Shown: positions 32,981 to 42,791, numbered from the stretch's first letter. The stretch: DNA of 52,348 bases from an uncultured Chlamydiae bacterium (GCA_963830365.1 CAWHMU010000004.1:1-52348), one strand, 5' to 3'. Translations and numbers: made by a program. The notes: generated from the letters alone by a model not told the origin.

Positions 32981-34240
32981 CTAGTATTTCTTCATGAAGA
33001 TAGGGCCGGCGGTATTCATGACGGCCTTGAGGGACCACCAGCTGAAGCGTTGTTTTAGCGACAGATGTGCGCTATAGACGCTCATGTATTCTTGCTGGCC
33101 GGCGGCTCTGCGGATTTTTTTGTAGAAGGAAGCGCCGGCGCTCTGGTGGAAGGTATTGTGATTTTTGGCGGCTTCCAGCAGCAATAGTGTCGATAATAGC
33201 CGATAGATGCGGTTTTTGTCGGCATGGGATTTGTCATAGCCGAAGAAGGGGCACATGAAGATATGGTTGCGGGTATGGTAGCCGACGATGCCATCGATGA
33301 CCCCATTTTTGCGCAACGCTTTGATTTTTAGAAAACCTTGTTCAATCATCAGCTTGATGAAGTTCATATTTAGTTGGGGGTTGAGATGGGAGTGGTGTTC
33401 GAGGGAGACGGTCTTATACAGGCTCAAAATGCGGTCGTAGTCATTGGACGTCAGCTGTTTGGTTTCGATGACTTCATAATCTTTGTCGTTCCATAATCTG
33501 AGATCGCTTTTGATGATGCGGGTATTAAAGAGGGCTTGGTCTTTGGTATTGGTGAGATAGATCTGGCGGCTGGCGATGCGTTCGAAGCCGCACATTTTCA
33601 GGCTGCTTTGCAAGGGAGAGTTGGTTTTGGCATTCAGTGAGCGGAAGGCGATGGCATATTGTGGAAACTCCTCTTTCAGGAAGGCGGTGATGCAGCCTAT
33701 CTGCTGCGTCGTTAAGGTCTTGGGATATAAATCGGTAGAAAGCAGCCAATGGTTTACATAGACAATCTGATTGATGTCGCCCTGTTTGAGCAGCTTGCCA
33801 AAGCCTATGAGCATCTTTTCGGCGGCTTTGCGCAGCATTGGGCTTTTGATGACAAAGAGCGATTCCAAGGCTAGGGATATATAGTGGGCATAAGGGGAGC
33901 AGACATAGGCATTGGCATAATCGTTTTTGACGATAAGAAGCGGGATGATGTGGCTATCGACTTGCAGCACGCGCAGGTCTGCATCGATATTGTCGATAAA
34001 GTACTTGGTGCCTTGTTTGATAAGCGGCACTAGATAGCGCTTGGCAAAGCGGGCTTCTTCGGTATCTGGCCAGGGCAATAAGTTGATATTGGCTGCATCG
34101 TAAAGTTTAAGCGCGATTGGCTGCACGTCATCATTGATCTGATCAGGGATGAACCTGTCGGTCAGTTGGTATTCTAGGAATGTGCTTTGTTGCCTCTCTA
34201 ATGAGCCTTTTACATCGAGATCAAGCGTTGAATTTGTCAC
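32981..34240 (-). CDS. GNAT-like (FemAB-type fold) hypothetical enzyme
   Basis: YVCSPYAHY, VNHWLLSTDLYP, FRSLN, ASRQIY, PFFGYD, HQSAGASFYKKIRRA. Confidence 0.7.
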   Translation of the reverse strand: MTNSTLDLDVKGSLERQQSTFLEYQLTDRFIPDQINDDVQPIALKLYDAANINLLPWPDTEEARFAKRYLVPLIKQGTKYFIDNIDADLRVLQVDSHIIPLLIVKNDYANAYVCSPYAHYISLALESLFVIKSPMLRKAAEKMLIGFGKLLKQGDINQIVYVNHWLLSTDLYPKTLTTQQIGCITAFLKEEFPQYAIAFRSLNAKTNSPLQSSLKMCGFERIASRQIYLTNTKDQALFNTRIIKSDLRLWNDKDYEVIETKQLTSNDYDRILSLYKTVSLEHHSHLNPQLNMNFIKLMIEQGFLKIKALRKNGVIDGIVGYHTRNHIFMCPFFGYDKSHADKNRIYRLLSTLLLLEAAKNHNTFHQSAGASFYKKIRRAAGQQEYMSVYSAHLSLKQRFSWWSLKAVMNTAGPIFMKKY

Positions 34241-34249
34241 TTTAAGCCC

Positions 34250-35185
34250 CTAAAATCGATAGATTAGTTGTAAATCAACTCCATAGAGTTGCACTGTTGT
34301 CTTGATATAGTCGAAGGGGTAGTTTTCCCGTCCGCCATAGCGGCGGAATTCATAAAAGGGCATCAGAGCCAGTTGAATCAGACCGCCGACTAGCGGCCGG
34401 CAATAGCTAAGAGGCAACTCTATGCGATATTGGAGGCATTCGCCGATTAAAAGATCGTCGGCATGAGGATCGGGCTCTGGATCATCTTTCACAGAACATT
34501 TGGCATTGTGGTAGGGGATTTTAAAGCGGCCATTTAAGCCGATACTGAAATTGCAGTTAAGGTTGGCGCTGAAGAGGAATCCGTAGGAGATATAGGGGAA
34601 TTCGGTGACGAATTTTAACAGCATCGGTGAGGGGTGTTTAAATTTATTGGTTTCGCGGAAATATCCGCCGCCGCCAAAGGGTGTTAAGGATAGGAAGGGG
34701 AAGTATTTATATTGGATGGTGTAGCCTAAGTTGCCTTCAATGAGCTCTTCGGTCCAGCGTGATTTGATTTTGTCGTCACTGCTTGTCTTGCCGCTAATAA
34801 TGCCGCTGGTGTAGGATGCGAGCACCCCCAGATAGAATTTATTGCGCTTGATACGATCAAAAGATGCCCGCACGCCACAAAGCATCCCGCTTTGATGGGT
34901 TCCACCCTGGCGTTTTCTGGTCAGGTACGAGAATTCGGGAGCGATGGTTAGCAGGCTGTCGCGGAAGCAGGGGTTTCTGCTTGGATATGCTGTTTCGCAG
35001 GCACATGCTACTGCACAGGGCTGTGCTAGTGCACATGGCTCTGCTAGTGCACATGGCTCTGCTAGTGCACAGGTATCTGATATGGCACAAACGCTAGGGT
35101 TGTCGGCCTGGATATTTTCTGCTGTCAAGCACAACGCTAGCAGGGTAGAGAGTAATGAGTATTTTTGCAGGTTGTTCATTTTCAC
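34250..35185 (-). CDS. outer-membrane beta-barrel protein with Cys-rich N-terminal repeats
   Basis: Signal peptide, alternating beta-strand pattern, C-terminal GVDLQLIYRF. Confidence 0.75.
   Translation of the reverse strand: MKMNNLQKYSLLSTLLALCLTAENIQADNPSVCAISDTCALAEPCALAEPCALAQPCAVACACETAYPSRNPCFRDSLLTIAPEFSYLTRKRQGGTHQSGMLCGVRASFDRIKRNKFYLGVLASYTSGIISGKTSSDDKIKSRWTEELIEGNLGYTIQYKYFPFLSLTPFGGGGYFRETNKFKHPSPMLLKFVTEFPYISYGFLFSANLNCNFSIGLNGRFKIPYHNAKCSVKDDPEPDPHADDLLIGECLQYRIELPLSYCRPLVGGLIQLALMPFYEFRRYGGRENYPFDYIKTTVQLYGVDLQLIYRF
35012..35073 (-). repeat. 18-bp coding tandem repeat (CALAEP) x3+
   Basis: TGCACATGGCTCTGCTAG-type units at 35012, 35030, 35048, 35066. Confidence 0.92.
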
Positions 35186-35350
35186 TTCCTAAAATTCACT
35201 TCCTAATGCAGGAGCGATCTCTGCCTGTTGTCATTGCTAAAAAGAAGAATCTAAACTGTAAGGAAGTATATTGTAAACGAAATTTCGTTGAAAGGATTCA
35301 CCAAATTGGGTATGAGTTTTGATTTCAACATCGAAATGAAAGGAAGCAAA

Positions 35351-36127
35351 ATGAAGCAGGTAACAAAAGTTTGGTTGCAGCGCATGCTGGGCATCACTGT
35401 CTTTACCCCATTATGTGTGTTTGGCCAAAGTGAACAGATCGTGCTCGAAAGCTCCGTTGGCGAAAGCTATGTGCTTGAAGTTCAGTCGGATGATTCTTTC
35501 CGCTCCGTTTTACACCTGATCAACCAATCCCTTAGCATAGTTGAATCGCACGAGGCAGAAACACGTGCTTTTGATTCATCCCGGCTGTATGCCTATGCAG
35601 CCACACCGCAGGGCTTTCGCATGCAGATGACTGATGAAGGGGTGATTTCAGTGAAGTCGCTGATGAAAAAACAAAATGATGGCGGCACCAGAGATTATTA
35701 TTCGGCATTGACGGATCAGGAAAAAACTGACATCGGCTATATCGTCAGGGTGCTGTCCAATGATTCGTTGATTAAGATCAAACAGAATGAATCTTCATTA
35801 AAGAAGGCCGGCGACCGTGTAGATAATGTGCATCCATTCCAGTTTCTTTTTTGCATCTTTAGTAATGAGGAACTTAAAGTCGGCATCCGCAATATCCAGG
35901 GCAGAAGCTGGGTGGGCAAAGGCTTTATGGAAGGTATTACGACGAGCCTGAGTAAAGAAAGTAAAGTCAGCAATGTATTGCCCTATGTCAGCGATTTTGC
36001 CGGTCGCTTAAATATCGATGTTAATGCTATACTACCAGCATTGCAAGCGGGGCAATGGGAGAAATTTGTCGATATCCTAATCAAGATTGTCCCTCGTACA
36101 GGCAACAGCGGACGCTATGACATGTAA
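35351..36127 (+). CDS. hypothetical exported protein
   Basis: AAGGA RBS, signal-like N-terminus, helical C-terminal domain (AGDRVDNVHPFQFL). Confidence 0.75.
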   Translation: MKQVTKVWLQRMLGITVFTPLCVFGQSEQIVLESSVGESYVLEVQSDDSFRSVLHLINQSLSIVESHEAETRAFDSSRLYAYAATPQGFRMQMTDEGVISVKSLMKKQNDGGTRDYYSALTDQEKTDIGYIVRVLSNDSLIKIKQNESSLKKAGDRVDNVHPFQFLFCIFSNEELKVGIRNIQGRSWVGKGFMEGITTSLSKESKVSNVLPYVSDFAGRLNIDVNAILPALQAGQWEKFVDILIKIVPRTGNSGRYDM

Positions 36128-36155
36128 TAACATCTTTATACACTGAGTTGACAAT

Positions 36156-36470
36156 ATGGGCTGGACCTATCTAGTTATTGCCGGTTTCCTTGAAATTGGA
36201 TTTACCACATTTTTGAAACTTACCGAAGGTTTTACAAAAATTATTCCGACGGTCATTTTTCTGATATTTTCGATGCTGAGTTTCTGGTGTCTTAACCGCG
36301 CCATCGTGCATATTCCTTTAGGTGTAGCCTATGCGGTATGGACGGGCATCGGTGCAGCGGGTACTGCATGTGTGGGATTATATATGTTTGAAGATCAGAT
36401 GAGTGTGTGGCAGATCTTTTTCTTATGCAATCTGATTGGATCAATCGTCGGGCTGAAGGTGCTGGCTTAA
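36156..36470 (+). CDS. SMR/DMT-family efflux transporter (Gdx/SugE-like)
   Basis: W.YLVIAGFLE, TEGFTK, IPLGVAYAVWTGIGAAGT. Confidence 0.9.
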   Translation: MGWTYLVIAGFLEIGFTTFLKLTEGFTKIIPTVIFLIFSMLSFWCLNRAIVHIPLGVAYAVWTGIGAAGTACVGLYMFEDQMSVWQIFFLCNLIGSIVGLKVLA

Positions 36471-36490
36471 ACTGAGTGGTTATGTAAAAA

Positions 36491-36805
36491 ATCACCACCG
36501 AGGCACAGAGACAAAGAGAAGCAAGCAGCAAAAGCGTGCGATCAGTAAATCAATAAATAGTTGTTATTCACTTAAATATATTCAAATTATCTCTGTGTGG
36601 TCGTGCCTCTGCGTCTCTGCGTTGAAATGTTCTTCTGCCATGCATCAATGCAAAACAACTTGGCTCATTGCACCTAGCAGAGGCCTGTGAATGCGCTTTA
36701 ACGCAGAGACGCAACGAGTCAGAGAGTTATAAGAAATTATTGCATGCGGTTCAAGTTAGGTGATGGATTTGGCTGGTGGTAGTTTCTCTGTGCCTCTGTG
36801 GTGAA
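36491..36805. repeat. family B doublet with internal related arms (AACGCAGAGACGCA)
   Basis: TCACCACCGAGGCACAGAGA ... CTCTGCGTCTCTGCGTT ... AACGCAGAGACGCA ... TCTCTGTGCCTCTGTGGTGA. Confidence 0.85.
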
Positions 36806-36890
36806 CTTTTACTTGCCCGTTGCTGTGCAAAACTTCAGTCATCGCGGCAACCTTGTGTAAAAACCACGTTTGTGATATGCTTTTTGCACG

Positions 36891-37538
36891 ATGAACGAGC
36901 TTCTTTTTTTTATTCAAACATTATTGATCGTTGGATTTTCGCTGGCTGCACTAAAGCTTGGCAAAGCAGCTTTGACGGCATGGGTGGCAATCCAGGCGCT
37001 GATTGCCAATCTATTTGTGCTTAAGCAGATAACCTTATTGGGATATAACGTCACGGCAAGCGACGCCTTTGCTATTGGCAGCCTGCTGGGTCTTAATTTT
37101 CTGCAGGAATATGTTGATAGGGAAGCGGCACGCAAAGCCACTTGGATTTGCTTTTTTTTCATGCTATTCTTCGTTTTCGTCTCGCAATTGCATCTGCTAT
37201 ACCAGCCAAGCGCTTACGACACCACGCAAAAGGCTTTTGTCGAGATCTTATCTCCATCGCCGCGCTTGCTCATTGCCTCGATGAGCGTTTTTTTTGTCGT
37301 ACAGCAGATTGATATCAATTTCTTTGCATTTCTGAAAAATAAATTTCCACAAATGCACTTTGCCTTCCGTGCCGGCATCGCCCTTGTCCTATCTCAGTTT
37401 CTAGATACGGTGCTGTTTAGTTTTGCCGGCTTGTATGGACTTGTGGCTTCGGTGACCGATATCATCATTATCAGCTTTGCAGTAAAGCTGGTAGCCATTT
37501 TTTGTTTTATTCCCTTTATGAAGTGGGCAAAGATATGA
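36891..37538 (+). CDS. yhhQ: queuosine precursor transporter (YhhQ/Vut_1)
   Basis: ANLFVLKQI, PSPRLLIAS, SQFLDTVLFSF; ATGA-coupled to tgt. Confidence 0.88.
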   Translation: MNELLFFIQTLLIVGFSLAALKLGKAALTAWVAIQALIANLFVLKQITLLGYNVTASDAFAIGSLLGLNFLQEYVDREAARKATWICFFFMLFFVFVSQLHLLYQPSAYDTTQKAFVEILSPSPRLLIASMSVFFVVQQIDINFFAFLKNKFPQMHFAFRAGIALVLSQFLDTVLFSFAGLYGLVASVTDIIIISFAVKLVAIFCFIPFMKWAKI

Positions 37539-38665
37539 ATTCCTTCCGTTTTGAGCTTATCCATCGTTCCAAGAAATCACGCGCCCGGGTAGGCAGGATA
37601 CACACGCCGCACGGTATCATTGATACGCCGAATTTTGTGGCCGTCGGTACCAACGGGACGGTCAAGGCGCTCGACAATGAGATGTTGCATGATATTGGCC
37701 TGCAACTGATGTTTTGCAATACCTACCACCTGTTACTGCAGCCAGGGACGGAGGTGGTGAGAAAGGCCGGGGGGTTGCATCAATTCATCAACCGCAAGCT
37801 GCCTATCATCACCGACTCCGGCGGCTTTCAGGTTTTTAGCCTGGCTTACGGTTCTGTGGCCGATGAACTGAAAAGCCGTGGCACGAAAAAGCAGGGGGGG
37901 TCGGTCCTTAAAATAACCGAAGAAGGGGTGCTGTTCCGTTCATATCGCGACGGGTCGAAGGTCATGCTCACGCCGGAGAGTTCTATCGATGCCCAGAAAG
38001 ATCTTGGTGCCGATATTATCATTCCGCTGGATGAACTGCCCCCGTATCATATTTCTCAAAAAGATTTAAAGACATCGCTGGCGCGTACGCATCGCTGGGA
38101 GAAGCGCTCGTTAGAACAGCATTTAAAAAACCCGCAAGGACAGGCGATGTATGCCGTCATTCATGGTGGCATTGACTTGGAAATGCGCAAATCCAGCTGC
38201 CAGCATCTGACGGAGCTTGACTTTGATGGTTATTCTATCGGTGGCAGTATGGGTAAGACCAAAGACGAAATGCATGAGCTATTGGCTTTTACGCTGCCGC
38301 TCTTGCCGGAGGAAAAACCCAACCACTTGCTGGGTATCGGTGATCTGGCTTCAATAGATAGATGCATTCCGTTCGGTATTGATACTTTTGATAGTTCCTA
38401 TCCCACGCGCGCGGCGCGGCATGGCATTGTCTTCACGGCTGAGGGGGCTGTGAACATTACCAAAGCTGAAAATGCGACTAAATTTGCTTCCATTGAAAAA
38501 AATTGCGGGTGTCCGACCTGCAGCAAATTCACGATGGCCTACCTGCACCACCTCTTCAAAGCGCATGAGATGACAGGTATGAGTTTGGCAACGGCGCACA
38601 ATTTGTATTATATGATCCAGCTGATGCAAAAATATCGCGAACAGATTATGGAAGATCGCATCTAG
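37535..38665 (+). CDS. tgt: tRNA-guanine transglycosylase
   Basis: TPHG.IDTP, CNTYHL, TDSGGFQVFSL, DTFDS..PTR.ARHG, CxCxxC...H zinc site. Confidence 0.97.
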   Translation: MNSFRFELIHRSKKSRARVGRIHTPHGIIDTPNFVAVGTNGTVKALDNEMLHDIGLQLMFCNTYHLLLQPGTEVVRKAGGLHQFINRKLPIITDSGGFQVFSLAYGSVADELKSRGTKKQGGSVLKITEEGVLFRSYRDGSKVMLTPESSIDAQKDLGADIIIPLDELPPYHISQKDLKTSLARTHRWEKRSLEQHLKNPQGQAMYAVIHGGIDLEMRKSSCQHLTELDFDGYSIGGSMGKTKDEMHELLAFTLPLLPEEKPNHLLGIGDLASIDRCIPFGIDTFDSSYPTRAARHGIVFTAEGAVNITKAENATKFASIEKNCGCPTCSKFTMAYLHHLFKAHEMTGMSLATAHNLYYMIQLMQKYREQIMEDRI

Positions 38666-39833
38666 TCTTCAGAGGCTCGCCATTCCAGTCGTGGTCGAAA
38701 GTGAAGGCCGAAGAAATGGGCAGTTGATATTTGCGGCTGTTTTTCCAGATGGCGGCAAAGACCATCGGTTCAAAGAGGAATGGCTTCATATCGTTTGACC
38801 TGAAGACGACATCTTTAGTGGAAAATAAAGTCTTAAAGAATTTGATCAGGTTGTTATTCTGGATAGCGGATTTTCTCCATCCATATAGCAGCATGCCGGT
38901 GGCAATTTGCTGTGAGGCGTTGGGTTTGGGGAATATCGGAGCCGTGTTCGTTTTGAAAAAAGCCCTGTCAAGACGGGCTTCGTTGGTGAAGAGAAGCAGT
39001 CCGCTGGTGGCGCGCGGATTACATTCGATGGCATATAATTTGTCGTCTGCCGACTGGATGAAGTCAAAAGCGATTTGCCCGGTGTAGTTGATTTTCCGAA
39101 CAAAGTTTTCAATCCATTGATAGATGGCGTTGTGTTCGATATTCTTGAATATCAAGCATGAATTGCCATCGATGGCAAAGTTTACGGGGTAAGTGCCATG
39201 GGCGTGAATGGTGCCTGCATGGCAGATGCTATACGTACAGAATTTTTTGCCTTCAAGCCACTCTTGGGCGATCCATGGGTTGTGCGGTTCCACCTCGAAA
39301 TCTACGACAGTTTTTTTGGGATAGACCTTAATGAGGGTTTGTGAAGCCCGCGAATAGCAGGCTTTTAGCGCAAAAGGCTTGGTGAAGGATAAATTGGCTA
39401 AATCTTGGGGAGTCTTCACCAGGGCGGCCTGGAGCGCGTCGATGCCTAATTCCTCAAGCTTGCAGTGGAAGCTCCATTTATTGTGCAGCTGTTCATAAAG
39501 CTCGAAGGAGGGACAGAAGAGTTGACAGTGCGCTGGAAAGCGGTGGTGGGCATGGGCCAGCTGGGTTGTTTCTTCATAAATCGGCAGCAGGAAATCAATT
39601 TCTTCTTTTTCTACGATAGCGACTAAGCCGTCAATATATCCTTCGGCATCAAAGCGCGGACTTGGCAAATGAAAGCACTTTGAAATGGTATTGGAAAAGC
39701 GCGTGACATGATATTCCATCGAATCGGCGATGAATATTTTATGACCTGCCGCATGCAGTTGTCTGGCCAATTCCAGCGCCAGGAAGGAGCGCGCAAAGGT
39801 GATCAATATTTTCTTAGGTGACTGAGCTTTCAT
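38646..39833 (-). CDS. ATP-grasp domain enzyme
   Basis: LITFARSFLALELAR, LHNKW, K..YSR, WIAQEWL.G, GQIAFDFI, IECNPRATSG. Confidence 0.85.
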   Translation of the reverse strand: MKAQSPKKILITFARSFLALELARQLHAAGHKIFIADSMEYHVTRFSNTISKCFHLPSPRFDAEGYIDGLVAIVEKEEIDFLLPIYEETTQLAHAHHRFPAHCQLFCPSFELYEQLHNKWSFHCKLEELGIDALQAALVKTPQDLANLSFTKPFALKACYSRASQTLIKVYPKKTVVDFEVEPHNPWIAQEWLEGKKFCTYSICHAGTIHAHGTYPVNFAIDGNSCLIFKNIEHNAIYQWIENFVRKINYTGQIAFDFIQSADDKLYAIECNPRATSGLLLFTNEARLDRAFFKTNTAPIFPKPNASQQIATGMLLYGWRKSAIQNNNLIKFFKTLFSTKDVVFRSNDMKPFLFEPMVFAAIWKNSRKYQLPISSAFTFDHDWNGEPLKTRCDLP

Positions 39834-39985
39834 TATGGATTTTTTTGGTTAGTCGTTTGCAAAACATAAGCATTGTACCCCTTTCAAAGCTCATGTTTCA
39901 ATAAAAATTGAAGGATGATGCTAGATTTTTTTCCATATTCCTTATAATATCCTTTATTTCAGATGACCATTCAAGAGGATTTCTT

Positions 39986-40723
39986 ATGAATATGTTATTA
40001 ATCGGTTTGTGCCTATATGTCAGTTCCATGGCAGCGCTTGCGCTGGCACAAGACACCCTTGCCAAAACCACCCAGAAAGTCGTTATCCTTTTGGGGCCGC
40101 CGGGATCTGGCAAGGGCACGCAGGCTGTGCGCTTGACAAAGGAACTGGGCATCCCCCATATCTCAACCGGCGATCTTTTCCGCGAAAATATCAGTAAAGA
40201 TACAGCGCTTGGCCAGCGGGCTAAAACGTTTATGAATGCCGGCAAGCTCGTTCCCGATGAGGTCGTACTGGATATGCTTTTTGACAGGGTGGCGCGGCCC
40301 GATTGTGCTAAAGGCTATCTATTAGACGGCTTTCCACGTACGTTGCCCCAAGCCGAAGCTTTTGAAAAGCATCTCGCGCCTGGTACAGAAGTTGTCGTCA
40401 TTGACCTCGAAGTAGCTGATGATATCATTGTAAAAAGGGTGGCAGGCCGTCTGACATGTCAGAAATGTGGACATATCCATAACTTATATTTCTCGCCGCC
40501 ACTAAAAGAAGGTTTCTGTGATAAATGTGCTGGTGAGCTTATCCAGCGAGCCGACGATAAGCCTGAGGTCGTGCAGGAGCGCCTGCGCGTCTATCATACC
40601 CAGACGAAGCCCTTGGTCGAGTATTACGCGAAAAAGGGGCTGCTGCAACGCTTCGACGGTACCAAATCGCCGGATGAGATATTTAAAGAAGTGATGGCTA
40701 AATTGAAGGAAACAAAGAAATAA
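39986..40723 (+). CDS. adk: adenylate kinase with Zn-lid and N-terminal signal-peptide-like extension
   Basis: GPPGSGKGTQA, HISTGDLFR, LLDGFPRT, CQKC..CDKC, QRADD; GAGGA RBS before ATG 39986. Confidence 0.95.
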   Translation: MNMLLIGLCLYVSSMAALALAQDTLAKTTQKVVILLGPPGSGKGTQAVRLTKELGIPHISTGDLFRENISKDTALGQRAKTFMNAGKLVPDEVVLDMLFDRVARPDCAKGYLLDGFPRTLPQAEAFEKHLAPGTEVVVIDLEVADDIIVKRVAGRLTCQKCGHIHNLYFSPPLKEGFCDKCAGELIQRADDKPEVVQERLRVYHTQTKPLVEYYAKKGLLQRFDGTKSPDEIFKEVMAKLKETKK

Positions 40724-40789
40724 CGTGGTCATCCAACAAGCGCCCGTGCAGAATTGCATGCGCTGATATTCAATGCAAAGCAAAAGGAA

Positions 40790-41004
40790 GGCAATTCACC
40801 ACAGGGGCACAGAGATAAAGAGAAGCAAGCAGCAAACAAAACAGGATGGCAGGATAGACAGGATAAACACAACCAAAGGAATGAAAACTTCGTCCGGGAT
40901 CATGCATGGAGTTTGATACTCTTTGGCAGTGTTTATCCTGTCTATCCGGCTGCTCATGTTTTTGCTTGCTTCTCTGTGTCTCTGTGTCTCTGTGGTGAAT
41001 TGCC
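40790..41004. repeat. long nested inverted repeat (family B outer arms, CAGGATAGACAGGATA inner arms)
   Basis: GGCAATTCACCACAG...GATAGACAGGATAAACAC / GTGTTTATCCTGTCTATC...CTGTGGTGAATTGCC. Confidence 0.92.
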
Positions 41005-42102
41005 GCCTGGGTATTTGTCGATATAGTCTTTAAGGGCTTTTTTTGAATAAATGCCGGCTTTTTTCAGGTCGTGCAGGGTCGCAAGTCCGAGGCCTTCCAG
41101 ATGTTTGTTGGTGGCGATGAAGAGCTGTTCGCGCTCGGCTTGCTGCTCCAGTGGTTTGTTTTCGAGGCTTATGTCGAGTTGTTTTTTATGCGCAATATTG
41201 GGCAATAGGCCGATGTCGCGGTAGTCGCCGATATACCAGATGCCGAATTTGACGATGGCTTCGATGGCAGGCGTCTCATCCGCCATAGGGGTGGACTGTC
41301 CGCTGGCATTGGTATCAGCAAAGATGCTGTTGAGTCTTGATTCCAGCACAGCAAATAAACCGGTGGCAGGCAGTGTCTCGGTCTTTGTTAAGCCACCATC
41401 ATGTGCGATGACTCTTTGATAATGTTCTTTGAGCTCGCTTATTTGATCGATAAGGTCTAGCCTTAAGGTGTTCCAGGCTATCGCTAGCGAGCAATTGGCG
41501 AGCTTGACAAAGCGCAAGCCTTCTTCAATAAGGTTATTGATGCTTTTAAGGATGGTTTCGATGGCTATCTGTCCAATCTCATCTAAAGAAAGAGCTGCTA
41601 ATTCCTTATTCAGTAATGACAATTTAGCACGATAAGGTGTTAAATTTATCGTCAACTCTTGAGCAACCAATGTCAAATGATGCTGCAGCGCTTCAGTGAG
41701 CGCTTCCTTTTTAAGTGTAAGCTGCTGCTCGGATGAAATAGTCATCAGTAGTTCGGAAAAAACGGCATGGGGCATGCCGACGAACAGGGGAGGGAGTTTG
41801 TCCAAGAGGGAAGGTTCTTTAGAAACATAAGAAAGTATTTGAATGTTTTGCATGAGTGAAAGCGCTGCACCGGCAGCCTCTAGTTGGGTGCGTTCGGTAA
41901 GGCCGCTGATGGCGGCGGCAAGCTTTTCTTTCCAGTGAGTATCGTCATATTTGCTTGTTGCTGCCGGCAAAACGGCAGCAATCTGTTCTGGTGTCAGCTT
42001 GTTGATCTCACGCATCCACTGTTGTGATGTCCAGTGATGCACCTCTTGCCACAATTCTTCAGTGGAAAGGGCATTAAGCTGTGAAGTTCGCATCTGTTCC
42101 AT
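40954..42102 (-). CDS. hypothetical helical protein; last ~16 aa encoded by a repeat arm
   Basis: 382-aa ORF with AAGGTG RBS; EAIVKFGIWYIGDYRDIGLLP, LGLATLHDLKKAGIYSK. Confidence 0.8.
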   Translation of the reverse strand: MEQMRTSQLNALSTEELWQEVHHWTSQQWMREINKLTPEQIAAVLPAATSKYDDTHWKEKLAAAISGLTERTQLEAAGAALSLMQNIQILSYVSKEPSLLDKLPPLFVGMPHAVFSELLMTISSEQQLTLKKEALTEALQHHLTLVAQELTINLTPYRAKLSLLNKELAALSLDEIGQIAIETILKSINNLIEEGLRFVKLANCSLAIAWNTLRLDLIDQISELKEHYQRVIAHDGGLTKTETLPATGLFAVLESRLNSIFADTNASGQSTPMADETPAIEAIVKFGIWYIGDYRDIGLLPNIAHKKQLDISLENKPLEQQAEREQLFIATNKHLEGLGLATLHDLKKAGIYSKKALKDYIDKYPGGNSPQRHRDTEKQAKT

Positions 42103-42194
42103 GTGACACCTTTTATTTTAAATATAAGGTATTTGCCTTTTTCCCGCACCCCTCTTTATGTAGTAATTAAAATTATGATTTATGACTATATTTT

Positions 42195-42782
42195 TCAGCT
42201 ATGTGTGGCTGCTTTTATGTAGGTCCAATTTGCATAGATGTATTCAGTTCCCGAAAAGATCGTGTAGGCAGCGGCAAGGCTGGCTATTATCGTACTGTAT
42301 GTATGCAGCATTTCTGTGGAAAGATATCCCAGGGAATGGGGGATCATCAGTCCTAAAATCGCAAAGGCTGCTACTGCCTGTGCGATGGTTTTGATCTTAC
42401 CACTGATGCGTGCTGCTAAGCTTAGGCCTTTCAAAGCACAAATGGTGCGCAGCGTGCTGATGATAGAATCGCGGTAAAGGAAAATAAAGACCACTGGTAA
42501 TGGCAGTCGAACGGGATCTAGGGTAAATGTAAGGAATACCGATATATGCACCAGACTGTCTGTCATGGGATCGAGGAGTTTGCCAAGATTAGTCACCTGG
42601 CTGAATTTACGGGCAAGATGACCGTCCAAGATGTCTGAAATTGCCGAAAATGTTAACAGGATTAACAAAACACATGGCAGCAGCGTGTTGGAAATCCCAA
42701 GGGTGTCGTGCTCGAGGTAGATTAACAAAAAAAGAGGGCTTATTAGCAGACGCGTAAAGGTGAGGTAGTTAGCAATATTCAC
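42195..42782 (-). CDS. pgsA: CDP-diacylglycerol--glycerol-3-phosphate phosphatidyltransferase
   Basis: NYLTFTR, SDILDGHLARK..VTNLGKLLDPMTD, GKIKT; follows glgA as in Chlamydia. Confidence 0.93.
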   Translation of the reverse strand: MNIANYLTFTRLLISPLFLLIYLEHDTLGISNTLLPCVLLILLTFSAISDILDGHLARKFSQVTNLGKLLDPMTDSLVHISVFLTFTLDPVRLPLPVVFIFLYRDSIISTLRTICALKGLSLAARISGKIKTIAQAVAAFAILGLMIPHSLGYLSTEMLHTYSTIIASLAAAYTIFSGTEYIYANWTYIKAATHS

Positions 42783-42791
42783 AAAAGGTCC

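Noticed and set aside
36128..36155. Guanidine riboswitch before the SMR gene
   Set aside because: Only 28 nt intergenic; no ACGR hairpins or ykkC motif.
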